A DNA stretch of 64,000 nucleotides from Lepidodermella squamata (lineage: Eukaryota; Animalia; Gastrotricha), in contig JBLDXI010000003.1 in the NCBI GenBank assembly GCA_047495785.1, forward strand, positions 4,092,001-4,156,000. Direction: 5' to 3'. Under the pieces are notes generated by a model. The model searched no databases and was not told the origin of the DNA. It saw nothing but the letters and a program-made list of their open reading frames with translations. Positions within the stretch are counted from its first letter, which is position 1. Each line of letters starts with the position of its first letter. This document shows positions 1 to 11,490 of the stretch, piece by piece. The translations under genes were made by a program, and so were the position numbers.

Positions 1-353
1 TCTAGAAATTTGTGATCGTCCGGAAGAATTACGATGTCTCTGGTAGATAGGCTAGCTTTAATAGCCATAGAACTGCCGATAGGTTCGATGCAGGGATTTA
101 AAATCATCGCTTTGGCCCCAGGCTGGATTTTCTCAAAAAATCGACCTTTTAAATCAGTGATGACCAATCGAAATACGACGTTGCCATTCGCGTCATCAAC
201 AAGAGTTGCGACTTGAAGAGGCTTGAAAGGATTCCTTGATCGCACTACAACACCAATGAATCTGACAATCAGCGATTTTTGAATAAAACTGAACCCTCTG
301 GCTTGATAGCCGAGGTTTGCAATGCTCTGCAAGCCGATGCTAGTGCTCTCCAT
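1..353 (-). CDS. TPR + SET domain protein, copy 0 (5' part only; truncated by window edge)
   Basis: Identical to the start of the 610-aa ORF (ATG at 353) except T>C at 334, which gives D7G. Confidence 0.85.
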   Translation of the reverse strand, partial: MESTSIGLQSIANLGYQARGFSFIQKSLIVRFIGVVVRSRNPFKPLQVATLVDDANGNVVFRLVITDLKGRFFEKIQPGAKAMILNPCIEPIGSSMAIKASLSTRDIVILPDDHKFL

Positions 354-505
354 TTTTTCAAATGTAAATTGAAGTGGCGAGTCGCGCTGCTTTTACACGC
401 AACTGGCGTGACTCATCTTACAAAATACGTCCAAAATGAATAATATACTCATTGATAAAGCACACGTTATTCTGTTTATTTCCCAAAGATAAGAAGGAAT
501 AATTC

Positions 506-819
506 CTAGGAAATCTGCTCTGCTGAGCACTTTGCCCATATCATTCCTTTTTGGGTCACTTCGGTCAGACTTGAGGCAGAAATTGCCAAGCAGCATTGCT
601 GGAAAGTATTTGCAGATTCGAATGTCTTGTTTTAGAAGAACAAATTTCCCAAATTCAATTGAAGAGAAGAAATTCAAGAATTTATTACCTCAGATGCATT
701 AGCGACCGCCAACGGAAAATTGATGCAGGAACGAGGGGAGCCACTTGCCACATAAGGACCGGGTGTTTTATTGACGAAGCAAACGCCCTGAACAGCATTG
801 TCTTTTCCCGCCATTCTAA
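506..819 (-). pseudogene. 5'-truncated duplicate of secreted Cys-rich gene A (3' half of exon 3, intron 3, exon 4); repeated at 3100-3413, 5694-6007, 8288-8601, 10882-11195
   Basis: Matches 13476-13789 of the intact gene and lacks exons 1-2 (signal peptide). It is fused at the junction to the 3' flank of the SET gene. Confidence 0.85.
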
Positions 820-1114
820 CGCATGTACCCAGAGAGCGTGTGTATTCTTTTGGAAAAATCTCAGCGATATGTGGTATCCGAAATGTACCCATTTGCCTTA
901 ATCGACTCTCGCATCCTCTTGAAAAGTGAGTTAATCTTCCAAATTGGGAGTGAAATTATTGTATTCTGTATGAATAGGCTGATTGAGAGGATAATGGCAT
1001 TTCTGTTAGAAAAAACCCAGCCGGTGAAACCAAAAATGTAAAAAATTATTTTATCAGTTTTTATTGCGAGCGTCATCGATTGCATTTCCTTTATAGTTAT
1101 TAATGTTGGCACAC

Positions 1115-2947
1115 TTATTCAGACATTAGTTTATCGAATAGCTTCGGGCTACCAGGCCAAATAAGTGTCAACTCGGCAAGTCGTGACGGCCACTGCTTGA
1201 AATGCTTCCGGCGCATGTTGCTGTCAAGGTGGCGGAAAAGCGTTGCAGGGAAAACGAGGGCTGCTTCTAGAGCATGGATTTTCATCAAAGCTTGATAGAA
1301 TTCTTCCATTAAAGCGGATGCTCGAAATAGTCCTCGATCGGTAGTTGCGAGACCTGAGCAGAGGCTAGGAATGATGTGAAGGGCGACAGGATTTAACTCT
1401 AAACATGGACGTATCCGGCATGCTTTCGCAAGTAATTCTTCCAAATGGCCCAAGTTTTGTTTTGAAAATTTCTTCGAGGCGGTTATCCTGTCAGCCGAGA
1501 GCTTGATCATGCTGAGAGCGGAAAGATTTGCGGCTGAATCTTTCCGATCCATTTCGCACAGGCGGCATCTGCATTCGAAGCCAAATTTCTCTCGCAGCGA
1601 CTTTTCCCTTGTCTGGAAGTCTTCGAAAGGTGTACAGTAGTCCCACAAGAGTTGTTCGCCTTTTCGAACTTTGCGAGTTACGCAGACAAATAAAAAGCGG
1701 CCGATGAAAGTTCGGCAGCAATTTGTGTCTACGCAGCTGTGATTTATATAGCTCGGCATTATCCAAAGTCCACAGCCATAGTTTCCTTTGTTATTAGCAA
1801 TATACGTCTCCATTGAAAGAGAATTGTGGTTGACGATAGCAGCTAGGGTTTCAGCGCCTTCATCCGTAAAGGGATCTCTGCTTTTCGACTCGATTTTCGC
1901 GCCACAATATAGCTTATAGAACTCCTCGGATATATCTGGTCGAGCGTCCAATTTTTCTATTACCGCTACAAGAAAATCTGCTGACTGACTCTCATCACAC
2001 GCAGAGTGAGGCTGAGGGAAATAGTTGAAAGCTCGCTCTGCTATTACCAAAGTCCCAGGTTCAATATCGGTTGTTGCGACTAGGCCTCGCCCATAACCAT
2101 CAATTTCCTCGATTTGAAGCATATTGCTTGCAAAGTAGTTGGCATGGTTGCTCAGCATAGGATCGCTTTTAGCCTCGTCGATCATTTTCATTTCATCGAA
2201 ATCTCCAGTAGTTGATTCTTTCAAGCCTCGCTCAGCCTGAGCCAAGAAAAGCTTTTCAAAACCTGGCTTCCCGCAGACGAGTTCGATACATTCTTGGTAT
2301 CGATCAAGTTTCATCAGCGAGCTAGCTTTCCGCAATAGAAGCTTTGGATTGCTAGGATCGATTTCCAGCCCTATTTCAGCATCTTTCAAAGCTTGAATTG
2401 GTCGGTCCATTGCAAGGAAAGCCGCTGATTTGTTCACCAAGATTTTTACTATGGCGTCGTTGTCAGAATTTCCAGCTAGCTGTTGAGCTCTTTCGAAACA
2501 GGCTATCGCCAACTCGAATTCACTTGTTTTGTAGAAGCCAACGCCGAGTGAGTTGAAGTTGATTGCATCAATAGATCTATGCCATTCTATTCCTTCTAGA
2601 AATTTGTGATCGTCCGGAAGAATTACGATGTCTCTGGTAGATAGGCTAGCTTTAATAGCCATAGAACTGCCGATAGGTTCGATGCAGGGATTTAAAATCA
2701 TCGCTTTGGCCCCAGGCTGGATTTTCTCAAAAAATCGACCTTTTAAATCAGTGATGACCAATCGAAATACGACGTTGCCATTCGCGTCATCAACAAGAGT
2801 TGCGACTTGAAGAGGCTTGAAAGGATTCCTTGATCGCACTACAACACCAATGAATCTGACAATCAGCGATTTTTGAATAAAACTGAACCCTCTGGCTTGA
2901 TAGCCGAGGTTTGCAATGCTCTGCAAGTCGATGCTAGTGCTCTCCAT
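1115..2947 (-). CDS. Intronless TPR + SET/post-SET putative protein-lysine methyltransferase, copy 1 (C422)
   Basis: 610 aa. TPR helices (NSLGVGFYKTSEFELAIACFERA; NKSAAFLAMDRPIQALKDAE; KLLLRKASSLMKLDRYQEC), SET motifs GYGRGLVAT, SYINHSC and KGEQLLWDY, post-SET FGFECRCRLC. AATAAA on the minus strand at 1060-1065. Confidence 0.9.
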   Translation of the reverse strand: MESTSIDLQSIANLGYQARGFSFIQKSLIVRFIGVVVRSRNPFKPLQVATLVDDANGNVVFRLVITDLKGRFFEKIQPGAKAMILNPCIEPIGSSMAIKASLSTRDIVILPDDHKFLEGIEWHRSIDAINFNSLGVGFYKTSEFELAIACFERAQQLAGNSDNDAIVKILVNKSAAFLAMDRPIQALKDAEIGLEIDPSNPKLLLRKASSLMKLDRYQECIELVCGKPGFEKLFLAQAERGLKESTTGDFDEMKMIDEAKSDPMLSNHANYFASNMLQIEEIDGYGRGLVATTDIEPGTLVIAERAFNYFPQPHSACDESQSADFLVAVIEKLDARPDISEEFYKLYCGAKIESKSRDPFTDEGAETLAAIVNHNSLSMETYIANNKGNYGCGLWIMPSYINHSCVDTNCCRTFIGRFLFVCVTRKVRKGEQLLWDYCTPFEDFQTREKSLREKFGFECRCRLCEMDRKDSAANLSALSMIKLSADRITASKKFSKQNLGHLEELLAKACRIRPCLELNPVALHIIPSLCSGLATTDRGLFRASALMEEFYQALMKIHALEAALVFPATLFRHLDSNMRRKHFKQWPSRLAELTLIWPGSPKLFDKLMSE

Positions 2948-3708
2948 TTTTTCAAATGTAAATTGAAGTGGCGAGTCGCGCTGCTTTTACACGCAACTGG
3001 CGTGACTCATCTTACAAAATACGTCCAAAATGAATAATATACTCATTGATAAAGCACACGTTATTCTGTTTATTTCCCAAAGATAAGAAGGAATAATTCC
3101 TAGGAAATCTGCTCTGCTGAGCACTTTGCCCATATCATTCCTTTTTGGGTCACTTCGGTTAGACTTGATGCAGAAATTGCCAAGCAGCATTGCTGGAAAG
3201 TATTTGCAGATTCGAATGTCTTGTTTTAGAAGAACAAATTTCCCAAATTCAATTGAAGAGAAGAAATTCAAGAATTTATTACCTCAGATGCATTAGCGAC
3301 CGCCAACGGAAAATTGATGCAGGAACGAGGGGAGCCACTTGCCACATAAGGACCGGGTGTTTTATTGACGAAGCAAACGCCCTGAACAGCATTGTCTTTT
3401 CCCGCCATTCTAACGCATGTACCCAGAGAGCGTGTGTATTCTTTTGGAAAAATCTCAGCGATATGTGGTATCCGAAATGTACCCATTTGCCTTAATCGAC
3501 TCTCGCATCCTCTTGAAAAGTGAGTTAATCTTCCAAATTGGGAGTGAAATTATTGTATTCTGTATGAATAGGCTGATTGAGAGGATAATGGCATTTCTGT
3601 TAGAAAAAACCCAGCCGGTGAAACCAAAAATGTAAAAAATTATTTTATCAGTTTTTATTGCGAGCGTCATCGATTGCATTTCCTTTATAGTTATTAATGT
3701 TGGCACAC

Positions 3709-5541
3709 TTATTCAGACATTAGTTTATCGAATAGCTTCGGGCTACCAGGCCAAATAAGTGTCAACTCGGCAAGTCGTGACGGCCACTGCTTGAAATGCT
3801 TCCGGCGCATGTTGCTGTCAAGGTGGCGGAAAAGCGTTGCAGGGAAAACGAGGGCTGCTTCTAGAGCATGGATTTTCATCAAAGCTTGATAGAATTCTTC
3901 CATTAAAGCGGATGCTCGAAATAGTCCTCGATCGGTAGTTGCGAGACCTGAGCAGAGGCTAGGAATGATGTGAAGGGCGACAGGATTTAACTCTAAACAT
4001 GGACGTATCCGGCATGCTTTCGCAAGTAATTCTTCCAAATGGCCCAAGTTTTGTTTTGAAAATTTCTTCGAGGCGGTTATCCTGTCAGCCGAGAGCTTGA
4101 TCATGCTGAGAGCGGAAAGATTTGCGGCTGAATCTTTCCGATCCATTTCGCACAGGCGGCATCTGCATTCGAAGCCAAATTTCTCTCGCAGCGACTTTTC
4201 CCTTGTCTGGAAGTCTTCGAAAGGTGTACAGTAGTCCCACAAGAGTTGTTCGCCTTTTCGAACTTTGCGAGTTACGCGGACAAATAAAAAGCGGCCGATG
4301 AAAGTTCGGCAGCAATTTGTGTCTACGCAGCTGTGATTTATATAGCTCGGCATTATCCAAAGTCCACAGCCATAGTTTCCTTTGTTATTAGCAATATACG
4401 TCTCCATTGAAAGAGAATTGTGGTTGACGATAGCAGCTAGGGTTTCAGCGCCTTCATCCGTAAAGGGATCTCTGCTTTTCGACTCGATTTTCGCGCCACA
4501 ATATAGCTTATAGAACTCCTCGGATATATCTGGTCGAGCGTCCAATTTTTCTATTACCGCTACAAGAAAATCTGCTGACTGACTCTCATCACACGCAGAG
4601 TGAGGCTGAGGGAAATAGTTGAAAGCTCGCTCTGCTATTACCAAAGTCCCAGGTTCAATATCGGTTGTTGCGACTAGGCCTCGCCCATAACCATCAATTT
4701 CCTCGATTTGAAGCATATTGCTTGCAAAGTAGTTGGCATGGTTGCTCAGCATAGGATCGCTTTTAGCCTCGTCGATCATTTTCATTTCATCGAAATCTCC
4801 AGTAGTTGATTCTTTCAAGCCTCGCTCAGCCTGAGCCAAGAAAAGCTTTTCAAAACCTGGCTTCCCGCAGACGAGTTCGATACATTCTTGGTATCGATCA
4901 AGTTTCATCAGCGAGCTAGCTTTCCGCAATAGAAGCTTTGGATTGCTAGGATCGATTTCCAGCCCTATTTCAGCATCTTTCAAAGCTTGAATTGGTCGGT
5001 CCATTGCAAGGAAAGCCGCTGATTTGTTCACCAAGATTTTTACTATGGCGTCGTTGTCAGAATTTCCAGCTAGCTGTTGAGCTCTTTCGAAACAGGCTAT
5101 CGCCAACTCGAATTCACTTGTTTTGTAGAAGCCAACGCCGAGTGAGTTGAAGTTGATTGCATCAATAGATCTATGCCATTCTATTCCTTCTAGAAATTTG
5201 TGATCGTCCGGAAGAATTACGATGTCTCTGGTAGATAGGCTAGCTTTAATAGCCATAGAACTGCCGATAGGTTCGATGCAGGGATTTAAAATCATCGCTT
5301 TGGCCCCAGGCTGGATTTTCTCAAAAAATCGACCTTTTAAATCAGTGATGACCAATCGAAATACGACGTTGCCATTCGCGTCATCAACAAGAGTTGCGAC
5401 TTGAAGAGGCTTGAAAGGATTCCTTGATCGCACTACAACACCAATGAATCTGACAATCAGCGATTTTTGAATAAAACTGAACCCTCTGGCTTGATAGCCG
5501 AGGTTTGCAATGCTCTGCAAGTCGATGCTAGTGCTCTCCAT
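3709..5541 (-). CDS. TPR + SET domain protein, copy 2 (R422)
   Basis: Same 610-aa ORF as copy 1 with C422R. Confidence 0.9.
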   Translation of the reverse strand: MESTSIDLQSIANLGYQARGFSFIQKSLIVRFIGVVVRSRNPFKPLQVATLVDDANGNVVFRLVITDLKGRFFEKIQPGAKAMILNPCIEPIGSSMAIKASLSTRDIVILPDDHKFLEGIEWHRSIDAINFNSLGVGFYKTSEFELAIACFERAQQLAGNSDNDAIVKILVNKSAAFLAMDRPIQALKDAEIGLEIDPSNPKLLLRKASSLMKLDRYQECIELVCGKPGFEKLFLAQAERGLKESTTGDFDEMKMIDEAKSDPMLSNHANYFASNMLQIEEIDGYGRGLVATTDIEPGTLVIAERAFNYFPQPHSACDESQSADFLVAVIEKLDARPDISEEFYKLYCGAKIESKSRDPFTDEGAETLAAIVNHNSLSMETYIANNKGNYGCGLWIMPSYINHSCVDTNCCRTFIGRFLFVRVTRKVRKGEQLLWDYCTPFEDFQTREKSLREKFGFECRCRLCEMDRKDSAANLSALSMIKLSADRITASKKFSKQNLGHLEELLAKACRIRPCLELNPVALHIIPSLCSGLATTDRGLFRASALMEEFYQALMKIHALEAALVFPATLFRHLDSNMRRKHFKQWPSRLAELTLIWPGSPKLFDKLMSE

Positions 5542-6302
5542 TTTTTCAAATGTAAATTGAAGTGGCGAGTCGCGCTGCTTTTACACGCAACTGGCGTGAC
5601 TCATCTTACAAAATACGTCCAAAATGAATAATATACTCATTGATAAAGCACACGTTATTCTGTTTATTTCCCAAAGATAAGAAGGAATAATTCCTAGGAA
5701 ATCTGCTCTGCTGAGCACTTTGCCCATATCATTCCTTTTTGGGTCACTTCGGTCAGACTTGAGGCAGAAATTGCCAAGCAGCATTGCTGGAAAGTATTTG
5801 CAGATTCGAATGTCTTGTTTTAGAAGAACAAATTTCCCAAATTCAATTGAAGAGAAGAAATTCAAGAATTTATTACCTCAGATGCATTAGCGACCGCCAA
5901 CGGAAAATTGATGCAGGAACGAGGGGAGCCACTTGCCACATAAGGACCGGGTGTTTTATTGACGAAGCAAACGCCCTGAACAGCATTGTCTTTTCCCGCC
6001 ATTCTAACGCATGTACCCAGAGAGCGTGTGTATTCTTTTGGAAAAATCTCAGCGATATGTGGTATCCGAAATGTACCCATTTGCCTTAATCGACTCTCGC
6101 ATCCTCTTGAAAAGTGAGTTAATCTTCCAAATTGGGAGTGAAATTATTGTATTCTGTATGAATAGGCTGATTGAGAGGATAATGGCATTTCTGTTAGAAA
6201 AAACCCAGCCGGTGAAACCAAAAATGTAAAAAATTATTTTATCAGTTTTTATTGCGAGCGTCATCGATTGCATTTCCTTTATAGTTATTAATGTTGGCAC
6301 AC

Positions 6303-8135
6303 TTATTCAGACATTAGTTTATCGAATAGCTTCGGGCTACCAGGCCAAATAAGTGTCAACTCGGCAAGTCGTGACGGCCACTGCTTGAAATGCTTCCGGC
6401 GCATGTTGCTGTCAAGGTGGCGGAAAAGCGTTGCAGGGAAAACGAGGGCTGCTTCTAGAGCATGGATTTTCATCAAAGCTTGATAGAATTCTTCCATTAA
6501 AGCGGATGCTCGAAATAGTCCTCGATCGGTAGTTGCGAGACCTGAGCAGAGGCTAGGAATGATGTGAAGGGCGACAGGATTTAACTCTAAACATGGACGT
6601 ATCCGGCATGCTTTCGCAAGTAATTCTTCCAAATGGCCCAAGTTTTGTTTTGAAAATTTCTTCGAGGCGGTTATCCTGTCAGCCGAGAGCTTGATCATGC
6701 TGAGAGCGGAAAGATTTGCGGCTGAATCTTTCCGATCCATTTCGCACAGGCGGCATCTGCATTCGAAGCCAAATTTCTCTCGCAGCGACTTTTCCCTTGT
6801 CTGGAAGTCTTCGAAAGGTGTACAGTAGTCCCACAAGAGTTGTTCGCCTTTTCGAACTTTGCGAGTTACGCAGACAAATAAAAAGCGGCCGATGAAAGTT
6901 CGGCAGCAATTTGTGTCTACGCAGCTGTGATTTATATAGCTCGGCATTATCCAAAGTCCACAGCCATAGTTTCCTTTGTTATTAGCAATATACGTCTCCA
7001 TTGAAAGAGAATTGTGGTTGACGATAGCAGCTAGGGTTTCAGCGCCTTCATCCGTAAAGGGATCTCTGCTTTTCGACTCGATTTTCGCGCCACAATATAG
7101 CTTATAGAACTCCTCGGATATATCTGGTCGAGCGTCCAATTTTTCTATTACCGCTACAAGAAAATCTGCTGACTGACTCTCATCACACGCAGAGTGAGGC
7201 TGAGGGAAATAGTTGAAAGCTCGCTCTGCTATTACCAAAGTCCCAGGTTCAATATCGGTTGTTGCGACTAGGCCTCGCCCATAACCATCAATTTCCTCGA
7301 TTTGAAGCATATTGCTTGCAAAGTAGTTGGCATGGTTGCTCAGCATAGGATCGCTTTTAGCCTCGTCGATCATTTTCATTTCATCGAAATCTCCAGTAGT
7401 TGATTCTTTCAAGCCTCGCTCAGCCTGAGCCAAGAAAAGCTTTTCAAAACCTGGCTTCCCGCAGACGAGTTCGATACATTCTTGGTATCGATCAAGTTTC
7501 ATCAGCGAGCTAGCTTTCCGCAATAGAAGCTTTGGATTGCTAGGATCGATTTCCAGCCCTATTTCAGCATCTTTCAAAGCTTGAATTGGTCGGTCCATTG
7601 CAAGGAAAGCCGCTGATTTGTTCACCAAGATTTTTACTATGGCGTCGTTGTCAGAATTTCCAGCTAGCTGTTGAGCTCTTTCGAAACAGGCTATCGCCAA
7701 CTCGAATTCACTTGTTTTGTAGAAGCCAACGCCGAGTGAGTTGAAGTTGATTGCATCAATAGATCTATGCCATTCTATTCCTTCTAGAAATTTGTGATCG
7801 TCCGGAAGAATTACGATGTCTCTGGTAGATAGGCTAGCTTTAATAGCCATAGAACTGCCGATAGGTTCGATGCAGGGATTTAAAATCATCGCTTTGGCCC
7901 CAGGCTGGATTTTCTCAAAAAATCGACCTTTTAAATCAGTGATGACCAATCGAAATACGACGTTGCCATTCGCGTCATCAACAAGAGTTGCGACTTGAAG
8001 AGGCTTGAAAGGATTCCTTGATCGCACTACAACACCAATGAATCTGACAATCAGCGATTTTTGAATAAAACTGAACCCTCTGGCTTGATAGCCGAGGTTT
8101 GCAATGCTCTGCAAGTCGATGCTAGTGCTCTCCAT
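6303..8135 (-). CDS. TPR + SET domain protein, copy 3 (C422)
   Basis: Same 610-aa ORF as copy 1. Confidence 0.9.
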   Translation of the reverse strand: MESTSIDLQSIANLGYQARGFSFIQKSLIVRFIGVVVRSRNPFKPLQVATLVDDANGNVVFRLVITDLKGRFFEKIQPGAKAMILNPCIEPIGSSMAIKASLSTRDIVILPDDHKFLEGIEWHRSIDAINFNSLGVGFYKTSEFELAIACFERAQQLAGNSDNDAIVKILVNKSAAFLAMDRPIQALKDAEIGLEIDPSNPKLLLRKASSLMKLDRYQECIELVCGKPGFEKLFLAQAERGLKESTTGDFDEMKMIDEAKSDPMLSNHANYFASNMLQIEEIDGYGRGLVATTDIEPGTLVIAERAFNYFPQPHSACDESQSADFLVAVIEKLDARPDISEEFYKLYCGAKIESKSRDPFTDEGAETLAAIVNHNSLSMETYIANNKGNYGCGLWIMPSYINHSCVDTNCCRTFIGRFLFVCVTRKVRKGEQLLWDYCTPFEDFQTREKSLREKFGFECRCRLCEMDRKDSAANLSALSMIKLSADRITASKKFSKQNLGHLEELLAKACRIRPCLELNPVALHIIPSLCSGLATTDRGLFRASALMEEFYQALMKIHALEAALVFPATLFRHLDSNMRRKHFKQWPSRLAELTLIWPGSPKLFDKLMSE

Positions 8136-8896
8136 TTTTTCAAATGTAAATTGAAGTGGCGAGTCGCGCTGCTTTTACACGCAACTGGCGTGACTCATCT
8201 TACAAAATACGTCCAAAATGAATAATATACTCATTGATAAAGCACACGTTATTCTGTTTATTTCCCAAAGATAAGAAGGAATAATTCCTAGGAAATCTGC
8301 TCTGCTGAGCACTTTGCCCATATCATTCCTTTTTGGGTCACTTCGGTCAGACTTGAGGCAGAAATTGCCAAGCAGCATTGCTGGAAAGTATTTGCAGATT
8401 CGAATGTCTTGTTTTAGAAGAACAAATTTCCCAAATTCAATTGAAGAGAAGAAATTCAAGAATTTATTACCTCAGATGCATTAGCGACCGCCAACGGAAA
8501 ATTGATGCAGGAACGAGGGGAGCCACTTGCCACATAAGGACCGGGTGTTTTATTGACGAAGCAAACGCCCTGAACAGCATTGTCTTTTCCCGCCATTCTA
8601 ACGCATGTACCCAGAGAGCGTGTGTATTCTTTTGGAAAAATCTCAGCGATATGTGGTATCCGAAATGTACCCATTTGCCTTAATCGACTCTCGCATCCTC
8701 TTGAAAAGTGAGTTAATCTTCCAAATTGGGAGTGAAATTATTGTATTCTGTATGAATAGGCTGATTGAGAGGATAATGGCATTTCTGTTAGAAAAAACCC
8801 AGCCGGTGAAACCAAAAATGTAAAAAATTATTTTATCAGTTTTTATTGCGAGCGTCATCGATTGCATTTCCTTTATAGTTATTAATGTTGGCACAC

Positions 8897-10729
8897 TTAT
8901 TCAGACATTAGTTTATCGAATAGCTTCGGGCTACCAGGCCAAATAAGTGTCAACTCGGCAAGTCGTGACGGCCACTGCTTGAAATGCTTCCGGCGCATGT
9001 TGCTGTCAAGGTGGCGGAAAAGCGTTGCAGGGAAAACGAGGGCTGCTTCTAGAGCATGGATTTTCATCAAAGCTTGATAGAATTCTTCCATTAAAGCGGA
9101 TGCTCGAAATAGTCCTCGATCGGTAGTTGCGAGACCTGAGCAGAGGCTAGGAATGATGTGAAGGGCGACAGGATTTAACTCTAAACATGGACGTATCCGG
9201 CATGCTTTCGCAAGTAATTCTTCCAAATGGCCCAAGTTTTGTTTTGAAAATTTCTTCGAGGCGGTTATCCTGTCAGCCGAGAGCTTGATCATGCTGAGAG
9301 CGGAAAGATTTGCGGCTGAATCTTTCCGATCCATTTCGCACAGGCGGCATCTGCATTCGAAGCCAAATTTCTCTCGCAGCGACTTTTCCCTTGTCTGGAA
9401 GTCTTCGAAAGGTGTACAGTAGTCCCACAAGAGTTGTTCGCCTTTTCGAACTTTGCGAGTTACGCGGACAAATAAAAAGCGGCCGATGAAAGTTCGGCAG
9501 CAATTTGTGTCTACGCAGCTGTGATTTATATAGCTCGGCATTATCCAAAGTCCACAGCCATAGTTTCCTTTGTTATTAGCAATATACGTCTCCATTGAAA
9601 GAGAATTGTGGTTGACGATAGCAGCTAGGGTTTCAGCGCCTTCATCCGTAAAGGGATCTCTGCTTTTCGACTCGATTTTCGCGCCACAATATAGCTTATA
9701 GAACTCCTCGGATATATCTGGTCGAGCGTCCAATTTTTCTATTACCGCTACAAGAAAATCTGCTGACTGACTCTCATCACACGCAGAGTGAGGCTGAGGG
9801 AAATAGTTGAAAGCTCGCTCTGCTATTACCAAAGTCCCAGGTTCAATATCGGTTGTTGCGACTAGGCCTCGCCCATAACCATCAATTTCCTCGATTTGAA
9901 GCATATTGCTTGCAAAGTAGTTGGCATGGTTGCTCAGCATAGGATCGCTTTTAGCCTCGTCGATCATTTTCATTTCATCGAAATCTCCAGTAGTTGATTC
10001 TTTCAAGCCTCGCTCAGCCTGAGCCAAGAAAAGCTTTTCAAAACCTGGCTTCCCGCAGACGAGTTCGATACATTCTTGGTATCGATCAAGTTTCATCAGC
10101 GAGCTAGCTTTCCGCAATAGAAGCTTTGGATTGCTAGGATCGATTTCCAGCCCTATTTCAGCATCTTTCAAAGCTTGAATTGGTCGGTCCATTGCAAGGA
10201 AAGCCGCTGATTTGTTCACCAAGATTTTTACTATGGCGTCGTTGTCAGAATTTCCAGCTAGCTGTTGAGCTCTTTCGAAACAGGCTATCGCCAACTCGAA
10301 TTCACTTGTTTTGTAGAAGCCAACGCCGAGTGAGTTGAAGTTGATTGCATCAATAGATCTATGCCATTCTATTCCTTCTAGAAATTTGTGATCGTCCGGA
10401 AGAATTACGATGTCTCTGGTAGATAGGCTAGCTTTAATAGCCATAGAACTGCCGATAGGTTCGATGCAGGGATTTAAAATCATCGCTTTGGCCCCAGGCT
10501 GGATTTTCTCAAAAAATCGACCTTTTAAATCAGTGATGACCAATCGAAATACGACGTTGCCATTCGCGTCATCAACAAGAGTTGCGACTTGAAGAGGCTT
10601 GAAAGGATTCCTTGATCGCACTACAACACCAATGAATCTGACAATCAGCGATTTTTGAATAAAACTGAACCCTCTGGCTTGATAGCCGAGGTTTGCAATG
10701 CTCTGCAAGTCGATGCTAGTGCTCTCCAT
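8897..10729 (-). CDS. TPR + SET domain protein, copy 4 (R422)
   Basis: Same 610-aa ORF with C422R. Confidence 0.9.
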   Translation of the reverse strand: MESTSIDLQSIANLGYQARGFSFIQKSLIVRFIGVVVRSRNPFKPLQVATLVDDANGNVVFRLVITDLKGRFFEKIQPGAKAMILNPCIEPIGSSMAIKASLSTRDIVILPDDHKFLEGIEWHRSIDAINFNSLGVGFYKTSEFELAIACFERAQQLAGNSDNDAIVKILVNKSAAFLAMDRPIQALKDAEIGLEIDPSNPKLLLRKASSLMKLDRYQECIELVCGKPGFEKLFLAQAERGLKESTTGDFDEMKMIDEAKSDPMLSNHANYFASNMLQIEEIDGYGRGLVATTDIEPGTLVIAERAFNYFPQPHSACDESQSADFLVAVIEKLDARPDISEEFYKLYCGAKIESKSRDPFTDEGAETLAAIVNHNSLSMETYIANNKGNYGCGLWIMPSYINHSCVDTNCCRTFIGRFLFVRVTRKVRKGEQLLWDYCTPFEDFQTREKSLREKFGFECRCRLCEMDRKDSAANLSALSMIKLSADRITASKKFSKQNLGHLEELLAKACRIRPCLELNPVALHIIPSLCSGLATTDRGLFRASALMEEFYQALMKIHALEAALVFPATLFRHLDSNMRRKHFKQWPSRLAELTLIWPGSPKLFDKLMSE

Positions 10730-11490
10730 TTTTTCAAATGTAAATTGAAGTGGCGAGTCGCGCTGCTTTTACACGCAACTGGCGTGACTCATCTTACAAA
10801 ATACGTCCAAAATGAATAATATACTCATTGATAAAGCACACGTTATTCTGTTTATTTCCCAAAGATAAGAAGGAATAATTCCTAGGAAATCTGCTCTGCT
10901 GAGCACTTTGCCCATATCATTCCTTTTTGGGTCACTTCGGTCAGACTTGAGGCAGAAATTGCCAAGCAGCATTGCTGGAAAGTATTTGCAGATTCGAATG
11001 TCTTGTTTTAGAAGAACAAATTTCCCAAATTCAATTGAAGAGAAGAAATTCAAGAATTTATTACCTCAGATGCATTAGCGACCGCCAACGGAAAATTGAT
11101 GCAGGAACGAGGGGAGCCACTTGCCACATAAGGACCGGGTGTTTTATTGACGAAGCAAACGCCCTGAACAGCATTGTCTTTTCCCGCCATTCTAACGCAT
11201 GTACCCAGAGAGCGTGTGTATTCTTTTGGAAAAATCTCAGCGATATGTGGTATCCGAAATGTACCCATTTGCCTTAATCGACTCTCGCATCCTCTTGAAA
11301 AGTGAGTTAATCTTCCAAATTGGGAGTGAAATTATTGTATTCTGTATGAATAGGCTGATTGAGAGGATAATGGCATTTCTGTTAGAAAAAACCCAGCCGG
11401 TGAAACCAAAAATGTAAAAAATTATTTTATCAGTTTTTATTGCGAGCGTCATCGATTGCATTTCCTTTATAGTTATTAATGTTGGCACAC

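Noticed and set aside
34-1112. Short ORFs repeated in each unit (60, 94, 101, 72, 83 aa) as separate genes
   Set aside because: They are antisense or off-frame shadows of the SET gene and gene A exons, or span the junction. The SNPs are synonymous only in the gene A frame.
1115-2947. Calling the SET protein SMYD4 or another named SMYD
   Set aside because: No MYND zinc-finger Cys pattern between the SET halves; orthology cannot be supported.
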